Shown here: positions 63,845 through 64,000 of the stretch, piece by piece | Position numbering within the stretch: the stretch's first letter is position 1 | How the letters are laid out: every line of letters begins with the position of its first letter | Assembly: GCA_020444065.1 (NCBI GenBank) | Contig: JAHLLQ010000008.1 | Span: forward strand, 78,138 to 142,137 | Source of the DNA: a bacterium | GTDB lineage: Bacteria > Sumerlaeota > Sumerlaeia > SLMS01 > JAHLLQ01 | Direction of reading: 5' to 3' | DNA length: 64,000 nucleotides | The notes under the pieces: model-generated | The model's database searches: none | What the model was told of the DNA's origin: nothing | Seen by the model: only the letters and a program-made list of their open reading frames with translations | Position numbers and translations under genes: made by a program

Positions 63845-64000
63845 TGGAGCATACCTTGATCAAATCGTCGGCCTCAGCCGCATCACGGCGCCGCAAAATC
63901 CACACCCGCAAGCACACTTCTATCGGAAGTGCTTAGCCCGCAACTAGGATCGACCGGCCATGTGGGCAGGAAGTGAAGTTCTTGCAACTTGCCTGGGATC

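Noticed and set aside
63845-64000. A sigma-54 promoter or FNR/CRP-type site upstream of cydA that might tie cydAB to the GAF activator.
   Set aside because: No GG-N10-GC arrangement fits. TTGATCAA (63856-63863) lacks the TTGAT-N4-ATCAA spacing. Only a short imperfect hairpin (CACTTC-tatcg-GAAGTG) is present, and the window ends 156 nt upstream of the gene.

Overview
This is a 64-kb, GC-rich (roughly 60% G+C by eye), gene-dense chromosomal segment. It has no rRNA, no integrase or transposase, and no CRISPR array. I can support 42 protein-coding genes, one tRNA-Leu(CAG), several intrinsic terminators, and a few candidate operator and promoter sites. All family assignments come from motifs I read in the supplied translations. 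No database search or structure prediction was run. My own coordinates for non-ORF features may be off by 1-2 nt. Layout: (1) 54-5437 holds a TolB-like beta-propeller, an orphan MlaF-like ABC ATPase, a class IV aminotransferase, tRNA-Leu, a secreted hypothetical protein, and a YhcH/DUF386 protein. (2) 5528-31137 is a 25.6-kb glycan-utilisation locus built as two divergent, tightly packed seven-gene operons. They share a ~280-bp AT-rich control region with two identical 14-bp LacI-type palindromes (TGAAAACGTTTTCA). Each arm carries one GH94 phosphorylase, exported hydrolases and CBM11-like modules. Unexpectedly, each arm also carries one GspG/PulG-like pseudopilin gene embedded among the CAZyme genes by short overlaps or gaps. 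The minus arm also holds the LacI regulator and an ABC importer whose solute-binding protein is fused to a permease. (3) 31141-44368 is a minus-strand run: orphan Wzt-like ABC ATPase, aspS, lysC (atypical N-terminus), a sigma-54 two-component pair, a CoA-disulfide-reductase-like flavoprotein with a rhodanese domain, a small HNH protein, a PgpH-like 7TM-HD hydrolase, and PhoH. (4) 44555-54557 encodes exported proteins (a protein with CBM48-like half motifs, a Serratia-type nuclease, a GH13 amylase), a TPR Ser/Thr kinase with a closely following small membrane protein, and a secreted protein made of three ~220-aa tandem repeats. (5) 54806-63844 is a peroxide/oxygen cluster: katG-oxyR, isochorismatase-like and AhpD-like genes, a GAF-sigma-54 activator with a four-cysteine insert, and cydAB. 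The best candidate for an undescribed system is the pseudopilin-containing, LacI-controlled twin-operon glycan locus. It may be a pilin-like glycan capture or 'bindosome-like' module feeding an SBP-fused ABC importer. That idea is inference from gene content and translational coupling, not from any homology search.
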